Below are positions 1-8,947 of a stretch of DNA of 64,000 bases, in pieces. Source of the DNA: a bacterium (GTDB lineage Bacteria; Patescibacteriota; Minisyncoccia; Phycocordibacterales; UBA5272). Position numbers and translations under genes: made by a program. The DNA lies in contig JAIXVU010000001.1 in the NCBI GenBank assembly GCA_027482685.1, positions 11-64,010 of the forward strand, in the 5' to 3' direction. Positions within the stretch are counted from its first letter, which is position 1, and every line of letters starts with the position of its first letter. Under the pieces are notes generated by a model that saw only the letters and a program-made list of their open reading frames with translations, was not told the DNA's origin and did no database searches.

Positions 1-63
1 TAGGGATCGAACCTACGACCAACGCGTTAACAGCGCGCTGCTCTACCGCTGAGCTATCACGGA
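1..63 (-). tRNA. tRNA-Asn (anticodon GTT), truncated at window edge
   Basis: Reverse complement reads TCCGTGATAGCTCAGCGGTAGAGCAGCGCGCTGTTAACGCGTTGGTCGTAGGTTCGATCCCTA. It has an acceptor 5' strand, D-arm GCTC/GAGC, anticodon stem GCGCG/CGCGT with loop CTGTTAA, and a T-arm GTAGG-TTCGATC-CCTAC. The 3' acceptor strand lies outside the window. Confidence 0.85.
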
Positions 64-283
64 ATATATTTTATTTAGAATGTATATTCTACCTAGTGAC
101 AAAAGAAAGTTCGCGCGGGCGCTTACTGATTCTTCTTGCCGCTTTGCTATCTAGGAATATTTTCTCTCAAAATAAACGTACAATCTATATGATTTCTCAA
201 ATAAATGTCTCATAATCATACTAGAAAATAGGTCTTCTCGCAAGGGGAGAATATCTGGGGATAGAGGAGAGATTTGTAGGGGG

Positions 284-322
284 ATACAGAAAGAGGCGCC
301 GTAGGCGCCTCTTTCTGTATCT
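284..322. terminator. Palindromic hairpin gatacagaaagaggcgcc-GTAG-ggcgcctctttctgtatc (18-bp stem)
   Basis: Perfect inverted repeat with a GTAG tetraloop, directly 3' of the minus-strand membrane-protein gene. Member of the recurring gcc-GTAG-ggc hairpin family. Confidence 0.6.
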
Positions 323-342
323 ATCTGTATATGAACCTATGG

Positions 343-1020
343 TTATTCTTGAGATGATAACTTCTTGTATATTTCAGCTGATGTAAGAAGTGTGAGAGGT
401 ACAGTAATGATGAGGCCCAGACCAAGAGGAATAGCCCCAAGAATATTAAGAAGTACTACAAGAATGATATACACGATAAGTTGTACTGAGTTACCTTTTG
501 TTAGGTGATAACTCTTCTTGAGTGCGGTTATCGCTGTAATGGTTTCGTTTTCAATGATGATGTACTTATAAAACTGTAAACGGATGAGGTAATAGAATCC
601 AATAAGTAGCACAATTCCAGCACCAGTAAGTACCGGGATACTCTTAGTAATATCAAAGTCAAAGGTAGTTCCAAAAGCAAGAACACTAAGAATAGCGAGA
701 ACACCTCCTACAGTAACAGCTGCGAGAAGCCCATACACAATGCTAGCGAGAGTATAGTTAACAAACACTTTATGACTTTTAAAATGATTGAATAAGTCAG
801 CAAAGGTAGGCGTATGGCCATGCGCTATTTGAATACTTACACCGATTAAGGCAATACTAACAATAAGCATCGCAAGCACTTCTAGGAGACCTGTTTTTGC
901 AACTGAAGTTACTATAATTGTTGAAATAAAGAACGCTATCGCGAGAAACCATGCGTGTTTCTTGAGATCAGACCAGCCTTTTGTAAATACTTCTTTTTGG
1001 GTAAATGTGTGTTTTGTCAT
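343..1020 (-). CDS. Hypothetical polytopic integral membrane protein (225 aa, about 6 TM)
   Basis: Full-length ORF with host-like AT-rich codon usage and multiple hydrophobic helices. No recognisable catalytic motif. Confidence 0.55.
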   Translation of the reverse strand: MTKHTFTQKEVFTKGWSDLKKHAWFLAIAFFISTIIVTSVAKTGLLEVLAMLIVSIALIGVSIQIAHGHTPTFADLFNHFKSHKVFVNYTLASIVYGLLAAVTVGGVLAILSVLAFGTTFDFDITKSIPVLTGAGIVLLIGFYYLIRLQFYKYIIIENETITAITALKKSYHLTKGNSVQLIVYIILVVLLNILGAIPLGLGLIITVPLTLLTSAEIYKKLSSQE

Positions 1021-1174
1021 ATGAATGTAGTATACCCTTTAATTTTTCTTTAGCACTTCAAAGAGTGTGAATATCGCTTGTAGTGATTTCATGGTATATA
1101 CTGTATTAGTACATTACCATTATTATTTTTTCATCATACACAAATATATGCACATCATCATCACTGGTATCCAC

Positions 1175-1510
1175 ATGGAAATAACAGAAGCGATACGTAA
1201 CTATATTTTTGAAAAAATGAAGCCACTCGAAAAGCTTGTTCCGAAGGGGGATACAAGCGCTCAGCTCACTATTGAACTTTCTAAGACGACTAATCATCAT
1301 CAACACGGAAATATATTTCAAGCAGAAGCAAGGCTGAAGGTTAAAGGAAAAGAAAAAACTCTTACAACTACTCAAAATGATCTCTATAAGAGTATCGATA
1401 TTGTGAAAGACATGCTCTCAAGAGAGCTTGCGACATATAAAGACAAAGAGCGTTCAGTGGTGAGACGTGGAGCACATAAGGTAAAGGCATTATTTAAGAG
1501 ATTATTATAA
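1175..1510 (+). CDS. hpf: Ribosome hibernation promoting factor / RaiA (sigma-54 modulation protein family)
   Basis: MEITEAIRNYIFEKM...AEARLKVKGKEKT...DLYKSIDIVKDMLSRELATYK is typical of HPF/YfiA. The ORF-track start at 1067 adds a nonsense low-complexity N-terminus, so the internal ATG at 1175 is preferred. Confidence 0.8.
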   Translation: MEITEAIRNYIFEKMKPLEKLVPKGDTSAQLTIELSKTTNHHQHGNIFQAEARLKVKGKEKTLTTTQNDLYKSIDIVKDMLSRELATYKDKERSVVRRGAHKVKALFKRLL

Positions 1511-1517
1511 ACATCGT

Positions 1518-2249
1518 ATGGATAAAGACACACAGATTACATTTGCAGTTATAGGAGGACTAGTGTTGTTCTTAGCAGGGCTAGCGTATTTTTTACGTGA
1601 AAGTATTAATATATCAGATATTACAACTACAGAAGTTCCTGTTAAACAAATAACAGCTAAACCGACCCCGACGAAAACACCTACTAAAGTAACAACAGCA
1701 TCAACCACTAACGCAACATCAACTTCTACAACTACTAAAGCAACAACAACTATGGAAATACCAGAAAAAATTACAAGTGCAACTATTACAACTAACAAAG
1801 GGGTTATTGAAGTGACATTCGGCACAGATACTCCAGCAACTGTAGCTAACTTTGCAAAGCTTGCTAAAAGTGGGTTCTATAACGGTACACGATTCCACCG
1901 TGTTATAAAAGATTTTATGATTCAAGGAGGAGACCCGCTTTCAAAAGATATTAATCAAAAAGGCGTTTGGGGAACTGGAGGTCCTGGGTATAGATTCCCT
2001 GATGAGCTAACAGGTAAAGAAACCTACTCCCAAGGTACTCTTGCTATGGCAAATGCCGGACCTAATACTAATGGTAGTCAGTTCTTCATTGTTACCGCAA
2101 ATCCGTCTGTTGCGTTACCTCCTTCGTATACAGTGTTCGGTAAAGTTACAAAAGGTCTGGATGTGGCGTTAGTTATTCAAGATGTGAAGACCGATCCAAA
2201 TGATAGACCTCTTGAAGATGTGATAGTGGAGAAGGTGGAAGTTAGATAG
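1518..2249 (+). CDS. ppiB: Peptidyl-prolyl cis-trans isomerase, cyclophilin type, with N-terminal TM anchor and Thr-rich linker
   Basis: Cyclophilin motifs GFYNGTRFHRVIKDFMIQGGDP and GTLAMANAGPNTNGSQFFI. N-terminal hydrophobic helix followed by a T/S-rich spacer (TTASTTNATSTSTTTKATTT). Confidence 0.9.
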   Translation: MDKDTQITFAVIGGLVLFLAGLAYFLRESINISDITTTEVPVKQITAKPTPTKTPTKVTTASTTNATSTSTTTKATTTMEIPEKITSATITTNKGVIEVTFGTDTPATVANFAKLAKSGFYNGTRFHRVIKDFMIQGGDPLSKDINQKGVWGTGGPGYRFPDELTGKETYSQGTLAMANAGPNTNGSQFFIVTANPSVALPPSYTVFGKVTKGLDVALVIQDVKTDPNDRPLEDVIVEKVEVR

Positions 2250-2250
2250 T

Positions 2251-2270
2251 TAGGGGTTAGAGATTAGGAA
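2251..2270 (-). repeat. CCCTAA-type leader motif copy in inverted orientation (ttaggggttagagattagg)
   Basis: Reverse complement cctaatctctaacccctaa matches the motif upstream of frr (9664-9693). This copy sits between the convergent ppiB and fmt genes. Confidence 0.5.
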
Positions 2271-2330
2271 TCAGGTGCAGATACTAGAAAGCGATGCCGT
2301 AGGCATCGCTTTCTAGTATCTGCACCTGAT
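2271..2330. terminator. Perfect 28-bp inverted repeat with GTAG loop between convergent ppiB and fmt
   Basis: tcaggtgcagatactagaaagcgatgcc GTAG ggcatcgctttctagtatctgcacctga. The two arms are exact reverse complements. Likely a bidirectional terminator, although the stem is unusually long. Confidence 0.65.
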
Positions 2331-2352
2331 TAATCTGACTATCTCTAGCCAA

Positions 2353-3240
2353 CTAATTCATGTATCCACGCTTAAAATCTTCCCAAGATATTTCTTTTTT
2401 ACCTTCAGGGATTACAGTAAGAATAATATCTTGTACTGTTGCATCTCCTAATGTGTATGACGTTAGATCAACTCCAGTAATTTTTACCCGAATAGTTGTA
2501 CCGTGATGAGGGTAGAAGAAGTACAAAGATGGCCATGGGGTAAACGCACGGAATTTACGTCTCACAACATCTGCACTTTCAGTAAGTGATATTTCACCCA
2601 TTGATTTTTCTATTTTTTTACAATATGTTGCCTTGGTGTGATCTTGTTCTTTTGGAATCAGATTTTTGGCAATGTAACTTTCAAGCACATTACTTAGCAG
2701 GTCGCCACCTAGTTGCCCGCATGCTACTTCAAGAGTTCCGGCAGTAGCGTTAGCATCTATCATAAAGGCATTTTGAATAAGGATAGGTCCATGGTCAACC
2801 TCTTCATCAAGTTTCATAATAGTGACACCGGTTGTCATATGTCCGTCAAGAAGTACTGATTCAATAGGGGAGGCTCCGCGATACAACGGCAAAAGCGATG
2901 GATGTACGTTTAGCGTCCCATGTTTCGGGATTGCGAGAAGTTTCTCTGGGATTATCTTGCCATAACTTGCAACAATGAATACATCAAACTGTTGTGTATG
3001 AAGCGGAGATGTATCTGGTAGTTCACGTAGAGATTCGGGTTGGTAGACAGGTATACCTTGTAGCTCTGCCCATACTTTGATATGAGGTGGAGTGAGTGTC
3101 ATGTGACGACCTTGTGGTGCGTCTGGTTTTGTAACAACAAGAGCTGGAGGGTATCCGTTACGAACAAGAGACGCAAGCACACTCTCAGCAAGAGCTCCTG
3201 TACCGAAGAATGCATATGAGATAGAAGAAGTGTTCGACAT
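2353..3240 (-). CDS. fmt: Methionyl-tRNA formyltransferase
   Basis: N-terminal FFGTGALAE, the formyltransferase core NVHPSLLPLYRGASPIE and a C-terminal Fmt domain. Paired with def on the same strand. Confidence 0.9.
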   Translation of the reverse strand: MSNTSSISYAFFGTGALAESVLASLVRNGYPPALVVTKPDAPQGRHMTLTPPHIKVWAELQGIPVYQPESLRELPDTSPLHTQQFDVFIVASYGKIIPEKLLAIPKHGTLNVHPSLLPLYRGASPIESVLLDGHMTTGVTIMKLDEEVDHGPILIQNAFMIDANATAGTLEVACGQLGGDLLSNVLESYIAKNLIPKEQDHTKATYCKKIEKSMGEISLTESADVVRRKFRAFTPWPSLYFFYPHHGTTIRVKITGVDLTSYTLGDATVQDIILTVIPEGKKEISWEDFKRGYMN

Positions 3241-3362
3241 TAAAAAAGCATAGCAAATAAAAACCTTCTTATATATACTTGACTGTTATAACGAAATATG
3301 ATATTATTTATTAGGCTCCATCAACGTCCTCGCACTGCTTAATTTCCAAGAAAGGAACAGCA

Positions 3363-3851
3363 ATGAAAAAGCTCCTTGGACAAATCGCATTCGTTCTCTC
3401 CCTGCTTTGCTTCGGCAATGCGTTCGCGCAACAAGTGATGTACTCTTTGCAAGACGGGAACGGACAACCTCTCGGCCAGATGAACATCAACTACAAGCCG
3501 AATGGCTACGAAGCCACGATGAACGGTGAGAAGATATCTCTGGAAACTACTCACAACACAGCAACAGTGACGATGGGGAAACTCGTCATCACCATGCCGA
3601 TCAACAATACCTTCTACCACAAGGAAGTTGATAAGTGGGTAGTCAGACCTGTCACCACGTCGTTTGGTGACAAAGGTGTCCACAAGATGCTCTACTTCGG
3701 GCTTGCTATATATGGCCGGCATTATCGTGAAGAACTTTGGTTGAACGGTCGCCTTTTCATGTCATCCTCCACGGTCATCGACCACAACGATCAAATCATC
3801 TGGTCATTTGTGAAAGATTCACATGGGGCACTCTCCCTCAGACGGCTCTAG
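3363..3851 (+). CDS. Hypothetical secreted protein (162 aa), GC-rich relative to flanks
   Basis: Signal peptide MKKLLGQIAFVLSLLCFGNAFAQQ. About 48-50% GC with C-ending codons, unlike neighbours. It sits on the opposite strand between def and fmt and has its own terminator. Confidence 0.6.
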   Translation: MKKLLGQIAFVLSLLCFGNAFAQQVMYSLQDGNGQPLGQMNINYKPNGYEATMNGEKISLETTHNTATVTMGKLVITMPINNTFYHKEVDKWVVRPVTTSFGDKGVHKMLYFGLAIYGRHYREELWLNGRLFMSSSTVIDHNDQIIWSFVKDSHGALSLRRL

Positions 3852-3866
3852 TATTACCTGAGAGCT

Positions 3867-3896
3867 GAGAGCCCGCTACATGCGGGCTTTTTCTTT
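3867..3896 (+). terminator. Rho-independent terminator agcccgc-tacat-gcgggcttttt
   Basis: GC stem plus T-run directly after the 3363..3851 stop codon. Confidence 0.7.
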
Positions 3897-4066
3897 TGTA
3901 TTCCCCACACCCAATCTCATCTTTTACAAAGCGCATCGGAGTTCGGTAGGCGAGATAGAGTGTATTTGTAAGCATGCAAATGACACGTCTTTGTAAAGGA
4001 TGAGGTTATAAAGAAACTATAAAAAATTTTACACGAAATATTCGTCGTATCGAACCACTTAATTTT

Positions 4067-4615
4067 TTACTTTGCTGCATTCCTCACTTCCTCCTCTGTA
4101 AATTCTTCTAAATCAAACCCATGATCAACAAAAAGTATCCCGTCTAAATGATCTATCTCATGTTGAAAGATATGTGCGATTAATCCAGATGCACCATAGG
4201 TGAATTTCTTGCCATTCTCATCGTAGCTTTCGATCGTTGCGCTTATCACACGCTTGGTCTTTCCATATATCCATCTCACTGAGAGACAGCCTTCTTGCAT
4301 TACGGCAGTTTTTTTTGATGCTTTTATAATTTTCGGATTGATAAACACAAGAGGTTTAGATTTAGCTGTCTCAGGATATGCATTAGGGGAGACAACAAAG
4401 ATGCGAAGTGACACACCTATCTGAGGGGCAGCAAGGGCGACACCGTCCTTTTCACGTGCAAGAGCCTTATGCATATTCTTCAAGACTTCAGAAAGATATG
4501 GAGAGTTGTATTCATCTTCTGTTACTTCTCGAGCAATAGCGCGCAGTGGGTTATCTGGAACATCGTCTATCTGAATAATAGAGGTTGGTACTTTTTGGAC
4601 TTTTTTGGTCGTCAT
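4067..4615 (-). CDS. def: Peptide deformylase
   Basis: Motifs GxGLAAPQIG, EGCLS and HEIDHLDG are present. Start chosen at MTTKK; the ORF track begins 9 codons earlier. Confidence 0.9.
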   Translation of the reverse strand: MTTKKVQKVPTSIIQIDDVPDNPLRAIAREVTEDEYNSPYLSEVLKNMHKALAREKDGVALAAPQIGVSLRIFVVSPNAYPETAKSKPLVFINPKIIKASKKTAVMQEGCLSVRWIYGKTKRVISATIESYDENGKKFTYGASGLIAHIFQHEIDHLDGILFVDHGFDLEEFTEEEVRNAAK

Positions 4616-4665
4616 GATACGTGTATATGTGCATTCTATCATATAGGTCTTTGTGCTACCATTGT

Positions 4666-5577
4666 CATATGACTAGAGATGTATCACTCCATACACATAA
4701 ATCAATATGGAAGAAAAAGAACGTTAGTCTCCTTACTGTTCTTATAGTAAGTCTTACAATACTTGTACTCTGGTATCAGACATTTAGCACAGTCCCAACG
4801 CCGTATCAAGATACCTATGTTAGAGAGACAGGTAAAGATATCACATTTACCTACTGTGGAGAGACGTACAGTTCTATCTCAGTTCTCATCCAAGGGATTG
4901 ATATTGTTAAACGCTATGTATCTCTTACGGATGGAAAATATTTTGCATGTAAAGATTGGAATGAAGGACGAAAATCTGCAGGCATAGAGAGAATAGTGCC
5001 AACAGTTCTTCCTCTTGGTGAGGGTGTATATAAAATAGTTCTTTCTCGTGAGATTAGTGAAGGCGTGAGCAAGCCTTTTCTAATCTTCATAGTTACTACG
5101 AGAACTAATGAAATTCTGACAAATGATAGAGAGTTCATTGGTTCGCTTAGTGAACCTATTACCACATTTGATGAATGTCTCGCAACTAAAGGCTCGACAG
5201 GAACCTACACCGAGAAAGAGCAAGTATGTACCGCACCAGATGGACGGATCTTCCCTGATATAAGCAGTGATTGGTATATTTCACGAGAGTTTGTGTCTGT
5301 GTCTATTATCCCACGCATGACATATACGAACCCTCTTGTAGTTAAGGTTTTTAAGAAAATACCTGCTTCTGTAGAAGTTACTCTTGTTAGTCAAGGAGAT
5401 GAGCGAGTTTTAGGTGGAGGGATAGTACAAGCAACAACATCAGTTCCTGTTACGCTACTAACAGCGACAACAACATACCCATTTGGAGATAGTTTTGATG
5501 CTTTTGTTCTTATAAAAATACTCGATGATACACAACGAGAGTTTAGAATTCCGATTAAAGTTAACCTAGCTAAGTAG
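4666..5577 (+). CDS. Hypothetical membrane-anchored/exported protein (about 303 aa)
   Basis: N-terminal basic stretch plus TM (LLTVLIVSLTILVLWY), then an extracytoplasmic domain with several Cys. No known motif. Start chosen at MTRDV. Confidence 0.5.
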   Translation, partial: HMTRDVSLHTHKSIWKKKNVSLLTVLIVSLTILVLWYQTFSTVPTPYQDTYVRETGKDITFTYCGETYSSISVLIQGIDIVKRYVSLTDGKYFACKDWNEGRKSAGIERIVPTVLPLGEGVYKIVLSREISEGVSKPFLIFIVTTRTNEILTNDREFIGSLSEPITTFDECLATKGSTGTYTEKEQVCTAPDGRIFPDISSDWYISREFVSVSIIPRMTYTNPLVVKVFKKIPASVEVTLVSQGDERVLGGGIVQATTSVPVTLLTATTTYPFGDSFDAFVLIKILDDTQREFRIPIKVNLAK

Positions 5578-5591
5578 CATTTTTTGCTTGC

Positions 5592-7463
5592 CTAACCAAT
5601 AAAAAAATGAAGAGGGTTAATTATCGGTTTACCGTCATAGACAACTCTTTTAATTCTTTCACGAAGCGCTTGGTTGTGTGACCACTCAGACTCCTTAATG
5701 TGAATAAAAAGCAACGTTACTCCACGACCTTGCTCGAACCATTCTATGACATATGTGCCGAGCTCTTCTTCTATTTTATGTTTCATTTGATCTTGTAGAT
5801 TATCAAACGATGCTTTGATAACAGTGTAGTATGGTGGAAGTAAGAAACGCTCTCGTTCAGAAAGCAGTGTATCAAACACCTCACGAAACGATGGTGAGAT
5901 GAGTTGCTTAATGACTGGCAGATTTTTCATACGAGTTTGTAATATCATACGACCGCCACGACTACCATCACTTTTTTGTTTAACTTTTTCTGCCATCTCA
6001 GTTACAAGAGTCAGCACCTTCTCATCGTTTCTATATTCAGGAAGTGCAAAGAGTGAGTCAAGAGAAAGTATAACAATACCATCAGCATGAGTTACAACAT
6101 TATGAGCCATCTCAGTTCCAATTAATACACCATACTTGCTCTCAGTCCATTCTTTATATGTTTTTTTTATTTTCGCTCGTGTTGGTGTACGCTCACCATC
6201 AATAACAAAGAGAGGAATTCCTAGTCTTTGTAACTCTTCCTCTATTCCTGTTGTTGCGATACCGAGAGTTGTCATACGCCACCCTCCGCAATGTTTACAT
6301 GAGAGCGTGCTATCATCATCTAGTCTAATAATATTCTCACACCCATGACATACGTAGGTTCTAACTCCACCGATTTTGTGGAGAACATATGGGCGGTTAC
6401 ATGTAGAGCAGGTGAAGAGTAGCCCGCAGTCAGAACATACGGTCGTTGGGTACATTCCTTTTCTATGTGAGTAAAAGAAGTAATGACCGCTTTCATTGAG
6501 TTGCATCATGTGTAATAACGAGAGAGACTGTTTGCTCAGATAGGGACTGCTTGTTTTATTCTCATCTATCATAGGTACTATTGTTATGCCGGCATCATTT
6601 CTATATTGCATAGGCATGACCTCATTTGCATCACGTGTTTTATGTAGGAGATGCGCGTTTAGTGAGAGCATATGAGAACCAAGAAGGCAGGTAGTACTTG
6701 TTCCCTTACATAGCTCCATCAAAACAAATCTCATATCATACCCACCATCTCCATGTGTGTAATAGTAGTGGCTGTGCTCACGTTCAATAATGACTAGACC
6801 AAGATCAACTCTTACCCACGGGAGAAGTGAAGGGGTAGAAAGGATTAGCAGTGGGTGTTGATTAGTAAATAGTTCGTTTTGTGCTTCTGTATATTGTTTG
6901 TCTGTAAGTCCGCTATGAAGTGGGATAACATATTCATCTATTCCGCGAGACAGTTCATTCTTTGCACATTCAAGATCAGTGATCGTAGGGAAGAATATAA
7001 CGATTGACTGTTTCTTAGAAAAAGCTTCGCGTACTGTTGTTTTATAATGAGTGATGCGATGTGCGTAACTTTGTTCAAGAAGAAGGATTTCAAATCCACG
7101 AGGATTAATTTGTGGTTCTATTTTGGTAATAGAAGCAAATGATCTCTCTGAAATGAGGTCATAGAGTATAGTTCCAATTGGTCGAAGTAAGTAGGATGAC
7201 GTATACGAAAGTGCATTCCATAATTTTTGATGCAAGAATTCTTTTGTGATTGTTTTTGAAACTTTTTTGAGCCCAAATGATGCGTGACGGAGTGACTGAC
7301 GTTCTTCTTCTGCTTTTTCTGATGTAAGAACAAGAGCGCGCGAAATACGTCTCTTTATAGTTATCTCCACTAAGTCACCTGCGTGTATATCATCCCTTCC
7401 AAAGTAGGAAAGTTCTTCGTATGGAATGCCGCTTGCAAGTGGGGCTACAGTTACGACGCGCAT
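5592..7463 (-). CDS. priA: Primosomal protein N' (PriA) homologue with degenerate Walker A/B motifs
   Basis: PriA-type Cys-rich zinc ribbon (CSDCG...CSTCN...CHGCE...CKHCGG). N-terminal 3'-DNA-binding/winged-helix region. At the expected Walker A position the sequence reads LLLEQSYAHRITHY (no GxGKT). At the DEAH-box position it reads VIIEREHS. Confidence 0.75.
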   Translation of the reverse strand: MRVVTVAPLASGIPYEELSYFGRDDIHAGDLVEITIKRRISRALVLTSEKAEEERQSLRHASFGLKKVSKTITKEFLHQKLWNALSYTSSYLLRPIGTILYDLISERSFASITKIEPQINPRGFEILLLEQSYAHRITHYKTTVREAFSKKQSIVIFFPTITDLECAKNELSRGIDEYVIPLHSGLTDKQYTEAQNELFTNQHPLLILSTPSLLPWVRVDLGLVIIEREHSHYYYTHGDGGYDMRFVLMELCKGTSTTCLLGSHMLSLNAHLLHKTRDANEVMPMQYRNDAGITIVPMIDENKTSSPYLSKQSLSLLHMMQLNESGHYFFYSHRKGMYPTTVCSDCGLLFTCSTCNRPYVLHKIGGVRTYVCHGCENIIRLDDDSTLSCKHCGGWRMTTLGIATTGIEEELQRLGIPLFVIDGERTPTRAKIKKTYKEWTESKYGVLIGTEMAHNVVTHADGIVILSLDSLFALPEYRNDEKVLTLVTEMAEKVKQKSDGSRGGRMILQTRMKNLPVIKQLISPSFREVFDTLLSERERFLLPPYYTVIKASFDNLQDQMKHKIEEELGTYVIEWFEQGRGVTLLFIHIKESEWSHNQALRERIKRVVYDGKPIINPLHFFIG

Positions 7464-7590
7464 ATAGTACTAGTGTATAGGTTTTAGGGGATAGGGGCTA
7501 GTAGGTAACAAAAAACCTTGCGTGTCATGAGGCTGAGGGGAAAAGGGAACAAGGGGATTGATTATACTAAAAGTGTCAAGTGTTGCGTAT

Positions 7591-7620
7591 CTCTCTAAAC
7601 CTCTAGCCACTATACCCTAG
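7591..7620 (+). repeat. CCCTAA/CCTCTAGCC leader motif upstream of mreB
   Basis: ctaaacctctagccactataccctag lies 30 nt 5' of the mreB ATG. Member of the recurring motif family. Confidence 0.5.
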
Positions 7621-7650
7621 TTACCACTGGTATGATAGAATGCGTTCTAC

Positions 7651-8664
7651 ATGGGATTTTTCTTCAAGAAACTCGGAATTGATTTAGGAACAGCAAACAC
7701 TCTTGTATATGTACCAGGGAAAGGTGTTGTACTTGTTGAGCCATCTGTTGTTGCGGTGTCACAATTTGATAACAAGATAATGGCCGTTGGAAGCGATGCA
7801 AAGGACATGATAGGGAAGACACCAGATTCTATCATTGCATATCGTCCTATGCGTGATGGTGTAATTGCTGACTATCGTGTTACAGAAGCGATGCTACGTT
7901 ACTATATTCATAAAGCACTTGGCGGGTTCGCGCTCTTTAAGCCTGATGTCATGGTATCAGTTCCAGCTGGGGTTACATCAACAGAAAGACGTGCAGTAAT
8001 CGAAGCTGCTCTTAAGGCTGGAGCTCGTAATGCATATGTTGTGAAGGAGCCAATCCTTGCAGCAATAGGTGCGGGGATCCCCATTCATGAGGCGCAAGGG
8101 CGTATGATAGTTGATATTGGAGGTGGGACCACAGACGTTGCGGTGATATCTCTTGGGGGTATCGTATGCAGTACATCAGTTAAGTGTGCAGGCAACAAAA
8201 TAGATCAAGCAATTATTGATTATGTTAAGAAGACCTATAATCTTGCAATAGGAGATCAAACTGCAGAAGAAATAAAGATACAAGTAGGAAGTGCATTGCC
8301 TGTAGAAGAAGAGCTTGTTATGAAAGTAAAAGGAAGAGACTTCATAGCAGGGCTTCCACGAACAGTAGAGATACGAACTAATGAAATTGTAAAAGCGATC
8401 GACAAGGAGTTGCGTGCGATGATAAAAGCAATCAAAGATGTTCTCCAAGAGACACCACCAGAGCTCGCTTCAGATATTATCGATAACGGTATCATCATGA
8501 GTGGTGGTTCATCAATGCTTAGACATTTCCCCGATCTCGTTCTACGTCGTACGGGGGTAAAGGCAGTCCTTGCTGACGATGCGTTCTTCTGTGTTGCAAA
8601 GGGGACTGGTGTTGCGCTTGAGCATCTAGACACGTACAAGCGCTCCATCTTCGCTAAGAAGTAA
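7651..8664 (+). CDS. mreB: Rod shape-determining protein MreB (actin-like), paralog 1
   Basis: GIDLGTANTLVY, DIGGGTTDVAV and actin-fold phosphate motifs. 337 aa. Confidence 0.9.
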   Translation: MGFFFKKLGIDLGTANTLVYVPGKGVVLVEPSVVAVSQFDNKIMAVGSDAKDMIGKTPDSIIAYRPMRDGVIADYRVTEAMLRYYIHKALGGFALFKPDVMVSVPAGVTSTERRAVIEAALKAGARNAYVVKEPILAAIGAGIPIHEAQGRMIVDIGGGTTDVAVISLGGIVCSTSVKCAGNKIDQAIIDYVKKTYNLAIGDQTAEEIKIQVGSALPVEEELVMKVKGRDFIAGLPRTVEIRTNEIVKAIDKELRAMIKAIKDVLQETPPELASDIIDNGIIMSGGSSMLRHFPDLVLRRTGVKAVLADDAFFCVAKGTGVALEHLDTYKRSIFAKK

Positions 8665-8947
8665 CTTGTCGAAAAATCACTGCATCTACTTCTTTGTAAA
8701 GATTTTTTTGCTCCTGTGATGTACAACTTGTACATCTTAGTCTCAAAAAATCTATACGCCTCGTATCTACAGCATTTTTTCAACAAGTGAGTGGGGGATA
8801 AAATGTGTAACTCTTTCGTTACGTTTGTTACTCGCTCGTCAATGTACAAGTAAGTACAACTCCTCGCCCGCTCCTTCCTGATTAAGATTTGCATCATTTT
8901 CTGCTCTCGTTAGAATTTACTACTAACTAGTTTGCTATACTGTTTCA

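Noticed and set aside
1067-1174. N-terminal extension of the hpf ORF (MNIACSDFMVYTVLVHYHYYFFIIHKYMHIIITGIH)
   Set aside because: Low-complexity AT-driven read-through. The conserved HPF sequence begins at the internal ATG at 1175.
1505-1925. Minus-strand ORFs 1505..1825 and 1719..1925 inside the ppiB region
   Set aside because: Antisense shadow ORFs of the Thr-rich linker with no signal or homology. ppiB on the plus strand is clearly real.
3339-3722. 127-aa minus-strand ORF antisense to the GC-rich secreted-protein gene
   Set aside because: Typical long antisense ORF produced by GC-rich sequence. The plus-strand ORF has a signal peptide, SD and terminator.
8256-8897. 213-aa minus-strand ORF spanning the mreB 3' end and the intergenic spacer
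   Set aside because: Overlaps the well-supported mreB on the opposite strand and has a Ser/Cys/Arg-rich nonsense composition.
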